The notes under the pieces are model-generated. The model was not told the DNA's origin, did no database searches, and saw nothing but the letters and a program-made list of their open reading frames with translations. A stretch of 63,646 nucleotides of DNA, counting the filler, from Lama guanicoe (taxonomy: Eukaryota), in NCBI GenBank assembly GCA_013239625.1. It is 166 parts of 166 records of this genome, joined end to end, with 100 filler letters (N's around TTAATTAATTAA, not from the genome) between each part and the next. Parts side by side here need not be neighbours in the genome. Positions count along the whole stretch, not along the records: positions 12,260 to 12,541 come from PNXV01052935.1; positions 12,642 to 12,925 come from PNXV01052936.1; positions 13,026 to 13,309 come from PNXV01052937.1; positions 13,410 to 13,693 come from PNXV01052938.1; positions 13,794 to 14,077 come from PNXV01052939.1; positions 14,178 to 14,460 come from PNXV01052940.1; positions 14,561 to 14,844 come from PNXV01052941.1; positions 14,945 to 15,228 come from PNXV01052942.1; 158 more parts are not named here. One strand, given 5' to 3'. Shown piece after piece: positions 12,260-24,060 of the stretch; position 1 is the first letter of the stretch; each line of letters starts with the position of its first letter. The position numbers and the translations under genes were made by a program.

Positions 12260-12541
12260 CAGAACTTAGCATGTGGAGAGACTTTCGTCCATCTAGCACA
12301 AAGGGAACGGGTTGCAAGAGACACAATTTAACTGGGTTCTCTGTATTTTTCTTAGTATCGGTTTGAAGTTCCTGCAGTTTTCACTTTAAAACCGATTTGG
12401 AGCTTATACCTCCCCATATAAATACACGTACTACAGTTTCCACCTGGAAAGGAATTTTGTGTTCCCAACAAGCTAGGTGAAGTACGGCTTTGACACACAA
12501 TTATTTCTCAGAACTGAGCATGTGGAGAGACATTTGTTCAT
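12260..12541 (+). repeat. 249-bp-period satellite (family shared with 49126-49405)
   Basis: CAGAACT(T/G)AGCATGTGGAGAGAC at 12260 and 12509. Confidence 0.88.
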
Positions 12542-12641
12542 NNNNNNNNNNNNNNNNNNNNNNNNNNNNNNNNNNNNNNNNNNNNTTAATTAATTAANNN
12601 NNNNNNNNNNNNNNNNNNNNNNNNNNNNNNNNNNNNNNNNN

Positions 12642-12926
12642 TGTGTTGAGTGCATGAATATTTACAAGTGTTACGTCCTCTTGTTGGATTCATCTCTTCG
12701 TCATTATGTAATGTTTTCCTTTTCTCTCCTAATGGTCTTTGTTTTAAGGTCTGTTTTGTCTAAGTATCACTACCCAGGCTCCGGATCTAAGTGAGTCTCT
12801 TGCAGGCAGCACATACATGAGTGTAGTTATTTTAATACAATCAGACATCCTAAGTCTTTTACTTGGAGCATTTGTTCCATTTACATTTGCAGTAATTATG
12901 AATAGGTGTGTACTTACTGCCATTTN
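12642..12926 (-). mobile_element. LINE-1 ORF2 endonuclease region fragment
   Basis: GTGAGTCTCTTGCAGGCAGCA..TTGGAGCATTTGTTCCATTTACATTTGCAGTAATTATG is antisense to L1 EN start. Confidence 0.85.
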
Positions 12927-14177
12927 NNNNNNNNNNNNNNNNNNNNNNNNNNNNNNNNNNNNNNNNNNNTTAATTAATTAANNNNNNNNNNNNNNNNNNN
13001 NNNNNNNNNNNNNNNNNNNNNNNNNAAGTCCAAGGCTTATACAGACCTAATTAGCTCTCCTAGCAATGATGTACATTAACATGCGTGAAATTTTGTCAAC
13101 CAGGAAAACCTTGATGTTCAAGGTTTTTACTGGGGGTGATTCATGAAGGCATATGTGTCCTCCATGACTGATCCCAGCTACTTAGACTCCAGTCCTTCAT
13201 AGCAAAAACATACGTTCCCCATAAATTACACTATTAGCATAGACTATTGGTCATACTGATATCACACGGCTGAAGGACTCCTGCATACAATATTTTTATC
13301 AAGAAGAATNNNNNNNNNNNNNNNNNNNNNNNNNNNNNNNNNNNNNNNNNNNNTTAATTAATTAANNNNNNNNNNNNNNNNNNNNNNNNNNNNNNNNNNN
13401 NNNNNNNNNATTAGGCTTCCTAACTGAAATACTGTCACTGAGTAACAATGAACTAGCATTTCTTTCGGGATTAAGGCATCAAATTCTATGTGCTACCTGG
13501 AAAATGTTTTCTGCCAAAAATAGTTATCACTGAACCCAGTCCCCTATGCACTTCACCGTTTCCAACCCCAGGGTGTCTGCCCTCACCCCACCCCAGTCCT
13601 CGCTCTGCGACACTGAGACTATGAAGCTGCACAGGGAAGTGGCGTGCAGCCTACTTTCTCAGTGGCAAAGGGGTGGGAGCCCTAAGGAACGAANNNNNNN
13701 NNNNNNNNNNNNNNNNNNNNNNNNNNNNNNNNNNNNNTTAATTAATTAANNNNNNNNNNNNNNNNNNNNNNNNNNNNNNNNNNNNNNNNNNNNATGAGGA
13801 CGTGGCTGGCACTGGAGCAGCAGGTCCTGGACGGCACTCAGGCCCGTGTGGAAAACGCCGCCGCCCGGGGCTCCGGGCAGCTGCAGGACCAGAGACACGG
13901 GAGCACCAAGCACACCAGAGAGCAGGCGACGGCCACTTGCCAGCCAGGCCCTGAGACCACAAAAGGGAAGGGAATGTCCCTTCCTCGAGCCCTCTCTCTG
14001 GCCGGGCTGCTTCCCTGACTCAGCGGCGGTATTGAGCTCACGGGTACTGAGCATGCGCTGTGCCGGAGGTGGGGGGGNNNNNNNNNNNNNNNNNNNNNNN
14101 NNNNNNNNNNNNNNNNNNNNNTTAATTAATTAANNNNNNNNNNNNNNNNNNNNNNNNNNNNNNNNNNNNNNNNNNNN

Positions 14178-14460
14178 AAGGGAGTGGGAAGGGATAAATT
14201 TAGGAGTTTGAGATTTGCAAATGTTATTTAGCCACTATATATAAAAATACATTCAAAAAACCCAACACATTTTTTCTGTAGAGTACAGGGAACTATAGTC
14301 AATATCTTGAAATAACCTTTAATGAAAAAGAATACGAAAATGAATATACGTACGTATATGAATGACCGGGATATTGTGCCAGAAATTACACCAGAAATTG
14401 ACACATTTTAACTGACTATAGTTCAATAAAAAATAATTTAAAAAATAATTAAAAAAAAAA
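14178..14460 (+). mobile_element. LINE-1 3' UTR with poly(A)
   Basis: GGGAAGGGATAAATTTAGGAGTTTGAGATTTGCA..ACAGGGAACTATAGTCAATATCTTG..AACTGACTATAGTTCAATAAAAA then A tail. Confidence 0.9.
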
Positions 14461-15328
14461 NNNNNNNNNNNNNNNNNNNNNNNNNNNNNNNNNNNNNNNN
14501 NNNNTTAATTAATTAANNNNNNNNNNNNNNNNNNNNNNNNNNNNNNNNNNNNNNNNNNNNAATGCTTCTGTCTCTAAAATCTTACCTCATTCCTGCAACA
14601 GGAAGTAACAGTCCCTCTGGACTCCCTCACATACTTGAAATTCTCACCCCAAACTATCACTTTTGGACATTCTTTCTACAAGACAGTGAACAGCTGGAGA
14701 GGAGTTCCAAGCATGGTGTCTTCCATAGAGCAGTCAATAGAAATGACGACAACATAGATGAATGAACTATTGATGAAAGTTTTAATTTTGTTTTCTGAGG
14801 GGGGAATAAAAGTTTATTACACTCAGAGGTCTCAAGACAGTCACNNNNNNNNNNNNNNNNNNNNNNNNNNNNNNNNNNNNNNNNNNNNTTAATTAATTAA
14901 NNNNNNNNNNNNNNNNNNNNNNNNNNNNNNNNNNNNNNNNNNNNACACACCCTCCCCTAAGCCTCTAAACACACTGGAGCCTCTCCCATTCCCAAAATCA
15001 TCAGAAGCAGCCTCTTCACTCTGCACCCCTCCACTTACCAACTTCTAGTTCCATTTATTTCAATAAGCTTCTTCCAACATAAAAGAAAGGGGGGAAAAAA
15101 AAAGAAACAAAAGGGCTATGAAACCCGTACATGTTCACTACAGAAAATTTCAAAACTAAGGGAGGAAAAAAGTCCTTTACAATCCACATCATAAGCTCTC
15201 ATGACACTCAAAATGTATCAGAAAGGCANNNNNNNNNNNNNNNNNNNNNNNNNNNNNNNNNNNNNNNNNNNNTTAATTAATTAANNNNNNNNNNNNNNNN
15301 NNNNNNNNNNNNNNNNNNNNNNNNNNNN

Positions 15329-15612
15329 TGATTAACTTTCAAATCAGTAGATTTAAAGTAAAATAGTTTATCCTTAATCATGTGTGTGGGCTTCACGTCA
15401 TCAGATGAAGGCCTTAAGAGCAGACTGAGGTTTCCCAAAGAAGAGGCAATTGTGCTTCAAGACAGCGTAAAAATTCTGCATGACTTTCTCAGGACTCCAT
15501 CAAGTCTCCCCTCAATTTCCCGCCTTCTGGCCAGCTCTCCAGGTTACACATTTGCCATCCCCACAATTGTGTGAGTGAATTCATTAAAATAAATCTCTCT
15601 CTCTCTCTCTCT
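15329..15612 (+). mobile_element. MLT2 (ERVL) LTR fragment ending in (CT)n
   Basis: AATCAGTAGA..GTGGGCTTCA..TGAAGGCCTTAAGAG..CTGAGGTTTCCCAAAGAAGA..GTGTGAG..AAAATAAATCTCTC. Confidence 0.82.
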
Positions 15613-17732
15613 NNNNNNNNNNNNNNNNNNNNNNNNNNNNNNNNNNNNNNNNNNNNTTAATTAATTAANNNNNNNNNNNNNNNNNNNNNNNNNNNNNNNN
15701 NNNNNNNNNNNNTTTTTTTTGAAATGTTAATATGTTTTTAGTAACAGATTGTAAAGTTTCTTTGCTTCTTGGATGATCTGTTCTATGTTTGCCTTAAAAA
15801 TATTTTATTGTTATCTTAGCTTCATAAGTATTGTTTCACAGTGACCTGTGTATAATCTTATCTGATCCAATATTTTAAAACTTTTTGACAAGCTTCTCAA
15901 ATATCAAATTTTAATTAAATTCCTTTTGACCTCCAACCAACTTTGGGATGCTTTGGAAGGCTCCTGAAGCATCCCAAAAGGAGATTTTAAACTAATNNNN
16001 NNNNNNNNNNNNNNNNNNNNNNNNNNNNNNNNNNNNNNNNTTAATTAATTAANNNNNNNNNNNNNNNNNNNNNNNNNNNNNNNNNNNNNNNNNNNNCTTT
16101 GGACCTCCTGAGTTGACAAGATGGACTTGTGAGTTTGTGGAGGCCAAGGAGGATAAAGCCTGTGGACCTGAGCCCAAGAGGAGGCGAATGTGCACACACA
16201 AGCCGGAGGTCTGCGCGGGAGGCCCCCCACTCCACCCCGGTCTCCTGCTGGAAGGGCGCTGGCCTGCACCTGTCGTCTGTGCAAGGAAACCATGAAGGCC
16301 AGAAAGAGTTGCTGCTCTCCCTGCGCCGGGCGCTGAACAGACTCCATATCACCAGCAGACCAGCTCTGCGAGAAGGGCTANNNNNNNNNNNNNNNNNNNN
16401 NNNNNNNNNNNNNNNNNNNNNNNNTTAATTAATTAANNNNNNNNNNNNNNNNNNNNNNNNNNNNNNNNNNNNNNNNNNNNTCTTTCTTTTTGACCTGATC
16501 CCTCTACCAGTGTTCACTACCTGATACTTTTTTTCCTCTCAACAAAAAGACAAATAGACTTTATTCACAGAAGTGAAATATTCTCTCAAATCGTCTTAAA
16601 AAGCTACCTAACTATTCTAGTCCCTGTGCTATACAGTGAGACCTTGTTGCTCATCGACTTTATATTCAGTAGTTAATATCTGTAAATCCCCAACTCCCAA
16701 TTATCCCTTCCCACTCCCTTTCACCCTCTGTTAACCGTAAGTTTATTTTTAACATCTATGAGTCNNNNNNNNNNNNNNNNNNNNNNNNNNNNNNNNNNNN
16801 NNNNNNNNTTAATTAATTAANNNNNNNNNNNNNNNNNNNNNNNNNNNNNNNNNNNNNNNNNNNNTTGAGCATCAGCTGCCCACACTTCTTGTCTGGCACC
16901 TACAATGCATGCTTCACTTCCCTTCACCGAAACCCAGTAGATTGGCTTCATTGCACACAAGGGAGTGGACCCAAGTTTGGTTGGGGAACAGAACAAGATC
17001 TGTCCTGGGCTGTGTGCTTCTGGTTCAATAAAAAACTCAAAGCCACCTCAATGTGTTCAAGGCACCACTAAAAGCAGAATATAAGGGCGAAACTGTCTTA
17101 GTAGACATGCTTGAGAGAAACTGCTTGTAGACTTCAGGTAACCCAGCTNNNNNNNNNNNNNNNNNNNNNNNNNNNNNNNNNNNNNNNNNNNNTTAATTAA
17201 TTAANNNNNNNNNNNNNNNNNNNNNNNNNNNNNNNNNNNNNNNNNNNNTAGGTCATTTTCAGATAAAATAAGATATCAAAAAATTAATTGCTGAATACTG
17301 ACTTCTTCTTATAGAGAAACTAAAGATATTTAGAAATAAATATTAACAAATGTTTGGTGCCCCCTAAAATATTCTCTGCTACTAAGGGAAACATCTCAGT
17401 GTGCTAGGAAAATAAGATGAATGTTTTCAGTGAAAGAAGGTATAAGAAAAGGAATCATATTTTGTTAATGGAAAAAGAGTGAGTTTTTCCTAAAGCTGGT
17501 TGCTTCTGAATGGAAAAGAAAATAAGGGACAANNNNNNNNNNNNNNNNNNNNNNNNNNNNNNNNNNNNNNNNNNNNTTAATTAATTAANNNNNNNNNNNN
17601 NNNNNNNNNNNNNNNNNNNNNNNNNNNNNNNNTGAAATTCTTAGCCTTAATGACAAGATTGATTTAGAATAGAGTTTGAAAGTGAAGGCCCACAGCCCTT
17701 GAATTGTGTTAGCAAAATCTCTTGCTCTCAAG

Positions 17733-17897
17733 TTAGATAGAGAGATAAAAGATGATAGATAGATAGATAGATAATAGATAGATGATAGATGATAGGTAGA
17801 TGATAGATATATAATAGATAATAGATAGATGACAGATAGATAATAGATAATAGATAGAAGATAGATCGATAGATGATAGATAATAGACAATATAGAT
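17733..17897. repeat. Compound (GATA)n microsatellite
   Basis: Direct reading; explains the YLSIYLSS-type spurious ORFs. Confidence 0.95.
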
Positions 17898-18016
17898 ATG
17901 AAAGAGAAAGTACATTNNNNNNNNNNNNNNNNNNNNNNNNNNNNNNNNNNNNNNNNNNNNTTAATTAATTAANNNNNNNNNNNNNNNNNNNNNNNNNNNN
18001 NNNNNNNNNNNNNNNN

Positions 18017-18300
18017 TTTGTGACTTAGCTCGTTAGCCCAATAGACTGACACTAAACATCAGATTTATGATTTAACCCAGCTGAACTTATATCAGTAAAC
18101 TGACACTTATCACATGAAGATTTGTTTATTTGCTCATAAGCCCAATAGACTGACACACAACTTCAGATTTATGAGTTACCCCAGCAGAACTAATATCAGT
18201 ATTGTGACACTTGTTGCACAAAGATTTTTGACTTAGCTCTTTAGCCCATTTGGCTGACACTAAACTTCAGATTTATGAGTTAACCCAGCAGAATTCAGAT
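18017..18300. repeat. 104-bp-period tandem repeat (about 2.7 copies, fills the contig)
   Basis: AGCCCA at 18035/18139/18243; CAGATTTATGA at 18060/18164/18268. Confidence 0.92.
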
Positions 18301-20447
18301 NNNNNNNNNNNNNNNNNNNNNNNNNNNNNNNNNNNNNNNNNNNNTTAATTAATTAANNNNNNNNNNNNNNNNNNNNNNNNNNNNNNNNNNNNNNNNNNNN
18401 GTCATTCCTTTGTTATTTTATTTAGTCAATTATTCAAGATTTATTGAGTGTTTCTACATGCCTGGCACTGAGACAGCTGCTGGAAATACACTAAAGAGTA
18501 AGATGCAGGCTCTAACCTAGAGAAGTTCAGAGTTTAATGACAGAAATCCATGCCTTGATATATAGTCACAGCAGAGTGGAAGGCATGTATAAGCTATGGT
18601 TCAAGCACTCTGACAGCACAGAGGAAGAAGAGATAGTGGCTGAGTGGTCAGTAGATACAAAAACAACATCAACCATATATATTTNNNNNNNNNNNNNNNN
18701 NNNNNNNNNNNNNNNNNNNNNNNNNNNNTTAATTAATTAANNNNNNNNNNNNNNNNNNNNNNNNNNNNNNNNNNNNNNNNNNNNTCCCATGAAAATCTGT
18801 TGAATCTCTTCATGTTTATTTCAATCAACTGCAAATCATTTTAAAAGAAAATTACAGTTTTGCTTCATATGTTCATTCCACCTGGGCCACTTTTAAAGCT
18901 AGTTTACAAACAAGCTGACACAGGACATTTCAATTGTAGGGCAGAGGTGCAGGATGGAATGGGAAACTGTGTCCACCTCTTATTTTCTTAATGTGGCAAA
19001 CCATCTCTGTCACAGTGTAGGTGAGACACCTAGAAGGACACATGCTGATTCTTAAACTTCATTTACAGNNNNNNNNNNNNNNNNNNNNNNNNNNNNNNNN
19101 NNNNNNNNNNNNTTAATTAATTAANNNNNNNNNNNNNNNNNNNNNNNNNNNNNNNNNNNNNNNNNNNNTAATTCTTTGTACCATTTGATAAGATGACTTA
19201 CAATTTTCAAAGTGTATAAAATTATTTTTTTCTCTTTTGCTTTTTAAAAAATCCCATTTTAGATAAAAGTTCCTTCATTCTCTGAGAAATTATGTGCTTT
19301 GAATGTAGTACAGGTGGCTGGTGGTTCGAAAAGTTTATTTGCAGATATGACTCCTATAATGTTAAATGGTTTTTGAATGATGCTTAGCGCTGAATACATA
19401 GTTCTGTTGTGAAACGTGAATGCTGTGCTCACGCTTGTCCCTGGCAGTGACCNNNNNNNNNNNNNNNNNNNNNNNNNNNNNNNNNNNNNNNNNNNNTTAA
19501 TTAATTAANNNNNNNNNNNNNNNNNNNNNNNNNNNNNNNNNNNNNNNNNNNNCATGTTTTATGGGAAGGTGAATTCATATTTTTAGTTTCTTTGCACCTA
19601 TGTGCAAAGCATAGATGGGTAAAGTACCTCCCCTTCACCAATTTTATCCATGGATTTGCAGCTTATGGAAACCCTCAGATCTTGTCAGTAACTAGTCTGC
19701 CAGCTTTTGTTTTGTTCTGTGTGTTTGTGTTTTAGAGAGAAATTATGAGAGACCACACAGGAAGATCTGCACAGTTGTTCAGCTGTGTCTGTGAATTATG
19801 TATGACACTTGAGATCTTGGTAGTAATCTGTTGTTGNNNNNNNNNNNNNNNNNNNNNNNNNNNNNNNNNNNNNNNNNNNNTTAATTAATTAANNNNNNNN
19901 NNNNNNNNNNNNNNNNNNNNNNNNNNNNNNNNNNNNCGAGGATGCGAGGTGGCAGTGATCAGCGAACCTGGTGGCAAGGACACCACTCCGAAGTGGGGCA
20001 AACTGGCTCCCGGTGTGTGAGGAGGTCTCAGAGCTCTGGGCCCAGACCTGGGAGCCTCGTGAGCCCTTGCTGTCCTTTGGTTTGTACACAGCTTGGGGGG
20101 GAGGTCGGTCAGTGACTCCAGAAGTCCATAGATTAGGCTGGTGGCCACTGGATATCTCACCATGGGGTGGCACGTCATTTTTTTAGAACCCATGTGTGTC
20201 CTCTCAATGAGGCCTACCAANNNNNNNNNNNNNNNNNNNNNNNNNNNNNNNNNNNNNNNNNNNNTTAATTAATTAANNNNNNNNNNNNNNNNNNNNNNNN
20301 NNNNNNNNNNNNNNNNNNNNTCCTCAAAAATTGAAACTGGGAACTCTATCACAGGCAGAATCCAATGTTTCTCATTTCTAGGTTCTAAACAGTAGGTTGT
20401 CACAGACACTTAGTCATTACAAATGAGCATATCCTTAAACTGCAATT

Positions 20448-20604
20448 TTATGAAAGATTTCTCTTAATCATCTGCTGCAAGGCTTGGATCACATCCTTGT
20501 TCCTCATACTGTAGATCAATGGGTTCAGTATTGGGCTCAAAAAACTATAGAAGATTGCAATTATTTTGGACTGCTCTACAGACTTCTCAGATGGGGGCCT
20601 TAAG
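20448..20604 (-). CDS. Olfactory receptor C-terminal part (TM7 to stop), OR5M1/OR5M10-like
   Basis: LRPPSEKSVEQSKIIAIFYSFLSPILNPLIYSMRNKDVIQALQQMIKRNLS*, with PxLNPLIYSxRN motif. Confidence 0.9.
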
Positions 20605-20704
20605 NNNNNNNNNNNNNNNNNNNNNNNNNNNNNNNNNNNNNNNNNNNNTTAATTAATTAANNNNNNNNNNNNNNNNNNNNNNNNNNNNNNNNNNNNNNNN
20701 NNNN

Positions 20705-20988
20705 TGGAGTGAGTGCGTGTGCTCTTGAAAGAGTCTCAGTTCCCACAGCCCTCTGGCTCTCCTGGACGTAAGCCCCACTGGCTCTCCAAGCTAGACATTA
20801 TTGGGGCTCATCTTCCAGATGCAGGTCCCCCAGGGTGGGGAGCGCAGACTGGGGCTTGGAACCCTTGCTCCTCAGGAGAAACCGCCACAGCTGTGCCATC
20901 CCTCCCGCTGTGGTCAGGGCACCAGGGTGCAGGCTCTGACCAGACCACATCTCTGCTCCTCTGCCCATCTCCACGTGGCCTTTTCCTT
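20705..20988 (-). mobile_element. LINE-1 5' UTR fragment
   Basis: AGCCCTCTGGCTCTCCTGGACGTAAGCCCCACTGG..TTGGGGCTCATCTTCC..TGCAGGTCCCC..CCCTTGCTCCTCAGGAG typical of antisense laurasiatherian L1 5' ends. Confidence 0.7.
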
Positions 20989-23776
20989 NNNNNNNNNNNN
21001 NNNNNNNNNNNNNNNNNNNNNNNNNNNNNNNNTTAATTAATTAANNNNNNNNNNNNNNNNNNNNNNNNNNNNNNNNNNNNNNNNNNNNAAATCTCAACAA
21101 GATTTAATCATGGAGCTTGATACTGTGATCCCCAAATTCACATGGATGTTCAAGGGGCAAGTTGCCAAAGACACTTTAGGAAGTAGAATCTTATTTATGA
21201 AGATATTAGAACTTCTTTAGAAACCACCATTCTTAATATGATTAGCTATTTTCCACAGTGGCTGCAAAGAATTTTGAATACATGATTAGAATAGAGAGCT
21301 GGGAACCAAACTCACCAACATAAGAGAATTTGATATAGATCAAATGTAGACCAGCTGTAGAAAAAAAAAAAANNNNNNNNNNNNNNNNNNNNNNNNNNNN
21401 NNNNNNNNNNNNNNNNTTAATTAATTAANNNNNNNNNNNNNNNNNNNNNNNNNNNNNNNNNNNNNNNNNNNNGAGGAGACTTGGTGTCCAACAGAGTCTA
21501 GGCTGGGTTCATGACGTGATTCATGAGTCAGAACCATACGTTCTTCTCTTTAGATGACCTCTTCCAAAAGGTCACCAAAAATGAAGTATATCTGGGGATC
21601 ATCTTTTTAAATTTGAAAATCTTTTTCAAGTTTAATGTATATGTGTATATAAGGTAGTACTAGTGAATACTTAAAAATGTATAAATTGCTCATCCACACC
21701 TGTGTGTGAGCTGTATTCACAGCAACAGAGCTCAGTTAAATGCAGCTGCATTTTTTNNNNNNNNNNNNNNNNNNNNNNNNNNNNNNNNNNNNNNNNNNNN
21801 TTAATTAATTAANNNNNNNNNNNNNNNNNNNNNNNNNNNNNNNNNNNNNNNNNNNNTCCAGGGAAAGAGTCTGCTATTCTGTGATAGGATAGCATTTTGC
21901 TGGGGTTTTTTCTTTCTTTTCTTACTGCTCTTCTCTGCTACCCCAGTGGGCTCCAACTTTGGGCTTCCGCACAGCCCTGCTGATGCCAGCCACGTGACGG
22001 AGGACACACCATCAAAGGCGCCACGCTGGGAGCGATGAGCAGAGCCAGCAGTCACCCACCCTGTGTGAGCACCTGCTCCCCTCTGACCACCGGCCTCCCT
22101 CCACCTGCGGGACCCAGTGAGGCCGTTCTCTCAGCTACTCNNNNNNNNNNNNNNNNNNNNNNNNNNNNNNNNNNNNNNNNNNNNTTAATTAATTAANNNN
22201 NNNNNNNNNNNNNNNNNNNNNNNNNNNNNNNNNNNNNNNNGAAGCACTGGTGGCATGTCCTCTGCTGGATGATAGCACAGCCTTGGAGAGAAGGACAAGA
22301 AAGAGCTCCTCCATGTTTCAGCAGGCAGAGGGGAGTTGCAAGCCTCTGGAGAAAAAGCTTCTCTATAAAAATGCAAGATATCAAAATGGAATTGCTCTAA
22401 ACACTGTTGAGAGAGACAGAGAGTGGGGAGAGGGAAAGATTGTTATGGGAACAAAGACAGATTCCCATGGAAAAAGAGACTTAAATATGTGGTTAAAAAA
22501 GCAAGACAGGTGGGACAAAGAGAGNNNNNNNNNNNNNNNNNNNNNNNNNNNNNNNNNNNNNNNNNNNNTTAATTAATTAANNNNNNNNNNNNNNNNNNNN
22601 NNNNNNNNNNNNNNNNNNNNNNNNGTAACAGAACACATTTTCATCCTAATTTTATTATTTATATTTCATATTCACTTAACTAAGAAGAGAAATATGTGGT
22701 CTCTTTACTATACTACTGATGTTTAAATAGCATGTGCCCTAACAGTCATGTAGGCTCCCTGAAAAAACAGAAGTAGGTGGCCAACCACAACTGTAGGAGA
22801 GAGAAGAAAAAAACTCCATTTATAGTAATAGAATTCTTTCCTTTAAATCTTCCCTAGGTCAGGGATTGTTCCTAAAGCAGTTCTCCCTTCCTCCTACCAT
22901 AGTGAACCNNNNNNNNNNNNNNNNNNNNNNNNNNNNNNNNNNNNNNNNNNNNTTAATTAATTAANNNNNNNNNNNNNNNNNNNNNNNNNNNNNNNNNNNN
23001 NNNNNNNNAAATGGGCTGTCGCCAATTCAAGCTAGGACGCTGAGACTGGGAAGACTGACACTAAAGTGGAAATCACTGTGCCACTTTTTAAAAGTTACGT
23101 ACATTTGCACCAATAATAGGACTGTACATTCCTTTTGGAGTGAAATTTGCATTAAAAAAACTTAGCTGGTTTAGTAAAAGACGAAGTTTTTAGCTTAAAA
23201 AGAGAAACTTAATTCCATTTTACTCAATATATTTAATCCTTCACATTCTTAATCTTTCAAAAAAACCAGAAGCCTGAGTGAGCAATGTCGGGNNNNNNNN
23301 NNNNNNNNNNNNNNNNNNNNNNNNNNNNNNNNNNNNTTAATTAATTAANNNNNNNNNNNNNNNNNNNNNNNNNNNNNNNNNNNNNNNNNNNNAAATTTCT
23401 AAATGTTATAGGTAGCATAAATACAATTAAGAGGCAAACGGAGAGTATGAAAAGTACATGTACAGACAATCCACAAAACTGGAAAGACAACGACAAATAA
23501 AACATGAAAATAATCAAGAAATGTAATTTGTATGCTGTTGTCTGCTTTTTCAGCGTGGGAGGAGGGTTTTGTTTTTCACATGCTAGTGAGATTGTAATGG
23601 GACTGGCACTTTGTAGCCGTTAAAACTACAGCTTCGAGAAAACAGTTTGACAATTATGTATCCACTCTAAAAATGGNNNNNNNNNNNNNNNNNNNNNNNN
23701 NNNNNNNNNNNNNNNNNNNNTTAATTAATTAANNNNNNNNNNNNNNNNNNNNNNNNNNNNNNNNNNNNNNNNNNNN

Positions 23777-24060
23777 TCTGGAACACCACCAAGCAGAGCA
23801 ACACATGCATGGGGGCGCTCTAAGAGGAGAAGAAAGAGAGAAAGAGCAGAGAGCCTGTTAGAAGAAATAATGGCCCCAAACATCCCAACTTGGAGAAGAG
23901 AAATGGAGATACAAACTCAGGAAGCTCAAAAAACTCCGAGTAGGATAAACCTAAAGAGACCTACCCAGAGATGCAGTATCATAAAGCTGTAGAAAATCAC
24001 AGGCAAGCTGAGAGAAGTGACACAGCACGTGTAAGGAAGCTCCTGTTAGATCATCATTAA
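23777..24060 (+). mobile_element. LINE-1 ORF1 fragment, degenerate
   Basis: GAGGAGAAGAAAGAGAGAAAG..GAAGAAATAATGGCCCCAAACATCCCAACTTG..CAGGAAGCTCAAAAAACTCC..GGATAAAC. Confidence 0.8.

Noticed and set aside
13794..14077. GC-rich contig with several open frames and a possible minus-strand acceptor
   Set aside because: No frame gives a recognisable protein
17585..17915. Y/L/S/I-rich ORFs
   Set aside because: Translation of the (GATA)n microsatellite
19937..20220. Minus-strand ERTHMGSKKM resembling an integrase HHCC start
   Set aside because: Remaining zinc-finger and core motifs not evident
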